Assembly (NCBI GenBank): GCA_002269645.1
Contig: NIVC01001206.1
Coordinates: forward strand, 171,850 to 235,849
Source: Macrostomum lignano
Lineage: Eukaryota
Length of the DNA: 64,000 nucleotides
Direction of reading: 5' to 3'
Shown here: positions 62,401 through 64,000 of the stretch, piece by piece
How positions within the stretch are numbered: the stretch's first letter is position 1
Layout of the letters: each line of letters opens with the position of its first letter
The notes under the pieces: generated by a model
Databases searched by the model: none
What the model was told of the DNA's origin: nothing
Seen by the model: the letters and a program-made list of their open reading frames with translations, nothing else
Made by a program: the position numbers and the translations under genes

Positions 62401-63697
62401 AATCCAGCGAGTTGGCTAGACTAGCAATCCAGCGAGTTGGCTAGACTAGCAATCCAGCGAGTTGGCTAGACTAGCAATCCAGCAAGTTGGCTAGACTAGC
62501 AATCCAGCAAGTTGGCTAGACTAGCAATCCAGCACCCTCCGGTCGCACCCACCTGCCAGCCAGCTCATCCCTCTCGCCCGGCCGCGCCCGCAGCCACCGC
62601 ATGAGGCCGGAAAACGCCTGCACCTCGTCGGCGACGTCCAGCCGCTCGGATCGCAGCGCTGCCTCCATCGCCTCGGCCGACAGTTCGGCGAACTCCGGCG
62701 CCGCTGACAGCTCGTTGAAGCCGCCGATCAACCGGGCATCGGCGCTGGCCAGCAGGTCGCGCCGGCCCCACCGCTCGGCGGCTGCCCGCGCGGCGACAAT
62801 ATCTGCCGGCCTCGCCAGCAGGTGGTTGGCGATGAAGAGGTCGCAGCAGCGGGCCGCCGGCTCGAGCTGCAGAGCGCAGGCGGCGGCGAGCAGCGGCAGG
62901 GCGGTGTCGCCCGTCACCCGCAGGCAGCCGGTGTAGCAGAAGTCAACCAAGCTGGTCAGGACAGCCACGGAGGCTTCAGCTTCCGGCGGAAGCGTCATCA
63001 CATTGGATGCCGGCGCAGCTGCCGAAGCTGTCGAGCGGAATAGCGGGCTCCAGCAGGCCAGCACGAGGCGATGGCACGGCACGTCGCCGGCATCCGCCGC
63101 TGCTCCCGCCTCCGATTCGTCCGCTGGCTGCCGCATTGAAGACGACCGCAGCGTCAGGTCGCAGAGGCGGCCGGCCCGTCGCATCGCCCAGAGACTGCGG
63201 AAGCCGAGGTCGCTGTGGCCGGCCAGGCTGCACACTGCGGAGCCGAGCTTCGGGTCGAAGCGGACCAGCAGGCCGGCTGCGGCGGCGGCTGTGGAGGCGC
63301 CAGCCGAAGGGGAAGGCGGCTGCAGTGCCGGCGCTTGTCCTGCTGCTGCTGGCACTGGGCCTTCCAGGTGGACGGACACCTGCGACGCACCGATCGAAGG
63401 AGTGAAGAGCTGCCTGTTTATTTGAGAACCTACTCGTGATTTGTGATGAATTCATTTTGTTATCTCATTTTATATTTTTTCCCACATGCGGTTGAGTAGC
63501 GATACCTGCATGCAGACACTCACACGGGGTGTACAGCGGGCAACCTTGTTGGTTCGATGCTCGATTCTGCACGTCGTCTAATCCAATAACCACACAATAA
63601 GCAAAACTATCATAATTAAGCAGATTTACCTGTCAGGGAGATGCTGCTGATGCTGACTGATGCTCTGATGTTGGCATGGATGAGCCGCCTCCGACAT
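52814..63697 (-). CDS. KLHL8: Kelch-like protein 8 orthologue (BTB-BACK-6xKelch, Cul3 adaptor) with an internal in-frame TAG at 55936-55934; complement join(63697-63630?,63566-63524?,63379-62553,56159-55817,55706-55655,54761-54542,53351-52814)
   Basis: BTB: RRAGRLCDLTL..CHRLVLACWSPLF..LVDFCYTG. BACK: VADEVQAFSGLMRW..LLAHIRL. The Kelch blades follow the KLHL8 pattern in order as I recall it (FCVGGRG, RRRHCG, YAVGGHDG..HL, RRGLAL..GGLDD..CF, TPRGG, GGND, GGFDD, GGHDG.AYL, RAGAGV). The last five exons are phase-consistent; the two 5' micro-exons are tentative. Confidence 0.85.
53490..54540. repeat. 21-bp minisatellite (CACCCAGCAGACCCGATAGAT), interrupted by a LINE insertion
   Basis: Arrays at ~53490-53587 and 54252-54540. 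Confidence 0.9.
53588..54251 (+). mobile_element. 5'-truncated I-group-like non-LTR retrotransposon 3' end (RNase H + CCHC), 664 bp
   Basis: Open frame 53589-54233: TIASDSLSAITAL..VKFCWIPAHCGLSGNEAAD (RNase H) and CLDC-x7-H-x4-C; (GAA)7 tail; TSD AGATCCCCCATA at 53576-53587 and 54252-54263. Confidence 0.92.
54826..55545. repeat. 16-bp minisatellite (GGAATCCTCCGCCCTC)
   Basis: Direct inspection; shares the AATCCTCCGCCC core with 1287-1812 and 56240-57790. Confidence 0.93.
56240..57790. repeat. 30-bp minisatellite (TCAATCCTCCGTTTTCTACTCTCCGCCCCT) grading into a 16-bp unit (TCAATCCTCCGCCCCT)
   Basis: Direct inspection; same family as the interior of the MITE at 1225-1863. Confidence 0.92.
59013..59420. 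repeat. (GATA)n microsatellite
   Basis: Direct inspection. Confidence 0.95.
59875..60590. repeat. 14-bp purine-rich repeat (GGAGAGCAGAGAAT/AAG)
   Basis: Direct inspection. Confidence 0.9.
61550..61830. repeat. ~32-bp CT-rich minisatellite
   Basis: CTCTCTCTACTGTCTCCCCTC(C/T)CAGTCTCC units. Confidence 0.8.
62340..62535. repeat. 25-bp minisatellite (GGCTAGACTAGCAATCCAGCAAGTT), ~8 copies
   Basis: Direct inspection; starts ~17 bp into the intron after the BTB exon. Confidence 0.9.
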
Positions 63698-64000
63698 GGC
63701 TCTCTTGATTTATTTCCTTTGTCTCTCAACTCTGTCTCCCTCCCTGTAAAATAGTTCTGTTTTAATCACCGCAGCAGCTGAGGCGGACTGGGATTGGATA
63801 GGACAATTTTTTGCCGGTTTTAAGGGGACGGCAGTGAGGGAGAGAGGGGTGGGGGGCACAGGGAGCAGCAGTACGCGGACGGCTGCAGGCAATGGCTGGA
63901 GCGCTGATGAGGCCAATTACACTAGGGGGAAGAGTGCAGGGGCTGGGATCGGACAGCTCAGCAGAGGTGCGCTGTTGGGGACTGTGGGGATTTTTACAAC

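Overview
Eukaryotic (metazoan) genomic DNA. It has GT-AG introns, GC-rich exons with poly-Ala/Gln tracts, and very dense micro/minisatellites. The style suggests a free-living flatworm such as Macrostomum, which is inference only. I reconstructed four spliced genes by hand with phase-consistent junctions: (1) a ~997-aa soluble protein made of five tandem cyclic-nucleotide-binding-homology domains (+, 2031-5564); (2) a 10-exon class B1 (secretin-family) peptide GPCR with an extra Cys-rich N-terminal module (-, 15395-7175); (3) a 3-exon class A peptide-receptor-like GPCR with degenerate DRY/CWxP/NPxxY motifs (+, 34588-46607); (4) a KLHL8-like BTB-BACK-Kelch gene (-, ~63697-52814) with one in-frame TAG exactly between the BACK region and the propeller. 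Mobile elements are a 2.2-kb solo LTR with 4-bp TSD and a textbook Pol II promoter inside the class A GPCR intron, a 5'-truncated RNase H-bearing LINE with 12-bp TSD, an RTE-like RT fragment, two TIR MITEs and a foldback-like palindrome. Most long ORFs in the supplied track are satellite or antisense artefacts. No CRISPR arrays, rRNA or intact tRNA were found.
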